Program-made: the position numbers and the translations under genes
The notes under the pieces: generated by a model
Database searches by the model: none
What the model saw: only the letters and a program-made list of their open reading frames with translations
Told to the model about the DNA's origin: nothing
Assembly (NCBI RefSeq): GCF_037042905.1
Contig: NC_087260.1
Span: forward strand, 26,784,001 to 26,848,000
Direction of reading: 5' to 3'
Length of the DNA stretch: 64,000 nucleotides
Source of the DNA: Lytechinus pictus
Lineage: Eukaryota
Shown: positions 61,412 through 64,000 of the stretch, piece after piece
How the letters are laid out: each line of letters starts with the position of its first letter
How positions within the stretch are numbered: the stretch's first letter is position 1

Positions 61412-63306
61412 GGGCCTGTTGCATGAAAGGGTCTTTCGTAGAACCATTCTACGTAAGAACGAGATATCGCTCAACTGTTTCACAAAGCCGATTTGGGCGA
61501 TACGAAGAATGGTCCTTGGAAAGACACCTCCAGACATGTCCTACGTAGGCATGATCTTCTTTGCACACCGCCCGCCACCGTCGGCATTGAGAGAAAATGC
61601 ATTTACGGCAAGCCACACTGACATATCACCTCTAAACATTTTTTTTTGTTGCACTCTGATGCATTTTATCTGGGATGGTGCCAAGTTATGTTTTATATGG
61701 GGGCTATTAGTTGTCATCAATTTCAGGTCGTCTTTTTGCACGGCAGGACGACCAAAAACGGATGTCATTTTAACTTCTCCGGGGTACATGTATTATTCCC
61801 GGGGGTAATGTATAGGGCCAAATATTTTTTAAAATAATATGTTTTCTTCTATTCTCCCTCCGTCTTATCCCCACCCCTTTTCTATTAAAAAAATAAACTT
61901 GAAATACTTGAAATGGGCGGCACTATATCTCTTTAGCCGACCCCAGTCATGCTTTCTCATTAAAGATAAACAACAAATTTCTTTAAAAGAAATTATGTAA
62001 GGTAAAAAACGTGTTCAATAACATTCAGCAAAAAAAAACCAAGACAAACAAAACTAAGATGTTAAACATGCTAACTCATTTATTTATTTTTATTTTATTT
62101 TCATTATAATTATTTTTTTTTGCTGAGATTTATTTTAATCAATGAAAATTAATTGCTGGATTTGAAACAGTGAAACAAAAACAAAAACCTGCAGCTAATA
62201 TTGAATTTAAGATACAGGTTAAGCCTCTAGCTTACGAATCCATCACAATCATTACACATGAAGATAAGTTCATTAAAGAAAAGATTATGGAAAGTCCATA
62301 CGAAGAGGCGCATTTTAAATCTTTTATGTTATTTCTTAAACCTTATATTCTTATATAATTAACTTCCATAAATTAAGTGATCATCTTTAAATATGACCAG
62401 CGTTTATGATCGTTGTCATATTTAGCATTATTTCTGTAAAAGTATTTTTCCATTGCGGATTGATTCACACCTTTTTCTATGTTTTAATTATTATTGCAAA
62501 GTACTGCTTTATCCACTTGGACATGTTTGCAGCAATTTTTTATATTTTCATTTTCTTCTGTTATACTCATCATGCAACTGAGGTATGTTTATACTCTAAA
62601 CACTCACATTTGTATTTCTTGCGTTATATCTGACAAATAAAATAAATAAATTAGATTTTTCACACGCAGCCTCTCATATTTTCCTTTTTAGTCTCATACA
62701 ATCAGACACTGTTGATTTTGTTTACTCCATTCAAACCCTATATTTACCTCAACAAATTACATATTAACGCATAATTTGCAAAATTATCATTATATACAAG
62801 TATTCTATAAAAATACAGAATATTGAACTCATAAATGTCGAAATTACTTAGTTAAATCAATTTTTATGTCGGACAAGGGTCTCTTTCGTTGAAATATCAA
62901 TAAAAGGTGTCTCTAAAAAGACACCGTGTTCTAAATAAGGGAAATAATGAAAATTTCGATTTTATTTAGTTATGTTTGTGAATCTTTAAAGTTTTTTCTC
63001 TTTTAACCTCATAAAGTAAGCTCCATACATCAATTCTACTATCAGTTATAAATAAAACATTATTTGATCTCCTTTTATTGAAATATCGGATTTTATGTAA
63101 AGTCGTCATTCAGAAATAAAAGGTTCAGGTGACGATGAAGACTAAATATTTTTCCGATACTATCGATATCAAACGATGTCGCGGACTTGGAAGACAAAAT
63201 TGCCTTCGTGAAACGGAAAGCGCTGATTTGTCGCCAATCTTCCTATCTCGGAAGAATGGTCCTAGGACGTTCCTACGTATCGCTCATCTCGTCTTGCAAC
63301 AGGCCC
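61412..63306. mobile_element. ~1.9-kb non-autonomous Harbinger/PIF-like element, CTG TSD
   Basis: CTG|GGGCCTGTTGCA ... TGCAACAGGCCC|CTG, with shared subterminal motifs (gaagaatggtcct, tatcgctca) at both ends and an AT-rich non-coding interior. Confidence 0.75.
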
Positions 63307-64000
63307 CTGGTCTCTGGATGAGACGACTTCGCACCACCCAACCTCATGGCCTGAACATCCAAGAGGGGAACGACTGATTATTCTTTCCTATCCACTTTCA
63401 ATTTATGTAAAAATATAATTTTTCCCCTCAGCTCTTTTGAATAGTTACATTATAGTTTCTTCCTCTACTTTCCTCCCATATCTCATACAATTTCAGCTCC
63501 AATTTTTTCTTCCTTATTCAGGCGATATAATATATATTTTTTTTTCTCCACTCACTTTTAGATTTACCACATTTGCTTATTTACATGTATACTATGGTTT
63601 CTTCATAATACACCCCCTCTCTTCTATATTTGCTTTTACCTTTTTAGGCAATTTGCTTCCTCTTTTTCACAAATACAGGGTTTTTTTTTTTTCCCCTACT
63701 ATATAGTCTTATGTTTTTTTCCCGTCACACCTAGTGGATTACAATATCAGTTACACCATATGTGTATTTATATTTTTTCATATACATTTCTTTTTTGGAT
63801 ATATTTATATACATATCACTTATAGATACATATTTACACTTACCTTCTTCTCTTAGTTTGTTTAATGCTTTATCATATATACTTATATGTCTTTTGCACA
63901 TTATTAGTTGTTCCCCATTCTTTTCCTTTTTTCCCCCACTCTTATTCACCAGTTTATTATGCCTTTCTTTGTAACCTGTTTGACCCACCTCTCACTAATT

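Noticed and set aside
61347-61837. 153-aa and overlapping ORFs
   Set aside because: They run across the boundary of the non-autonomous transposon and show no transposase motifs.

Overview
AT-rich, intron-containing animal genomic DNA. The repeat complement and gene set suggest an invertebrate deuterostome, probably a sea urchin or other echinoderm (inference). I could splice five host genes by hand with consistent GT-AG phases: (1) a 4-exon type II membrane FkbM/Methyltransf_21 methyltransferase (-); (2) a 2-exon secreted protein with an acidic, poly-glycine, Pro-rich, KxxK-basic layout and no recognisable family (+); (3) a RING-less B-box/coiled-coil/beta-propeller TRIM-like gene with one coding exon (-); (4) SPRYD7 (5 exons, +); (5) GPR161 (3 coding exons, -). 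About 350 bp after the SPRYD7 stop lies an intact, apparently very young 7.7-kb Gmr1-type Gypsy LTR retrotransposon. It has matching 1410-bp LTRs, an AGGTA TSD, a tRNA-Arg PBS and integrase placed before RT, and it interrupts a MITE-derived tandem array. The window also holds a decayed L2 LINE, several tRNA-derived SINEs, many non-autonomous DNA transposons with readable TIRs/TSDs, and an orphan ORF resembling the N-terminus of P2X7-ballast/KolX-type proteins. The best candidates for new biology are the poly-Gly secreted protein and the Golgi-type methyltransferase. All homology calls come from motif recognition, not database searches.
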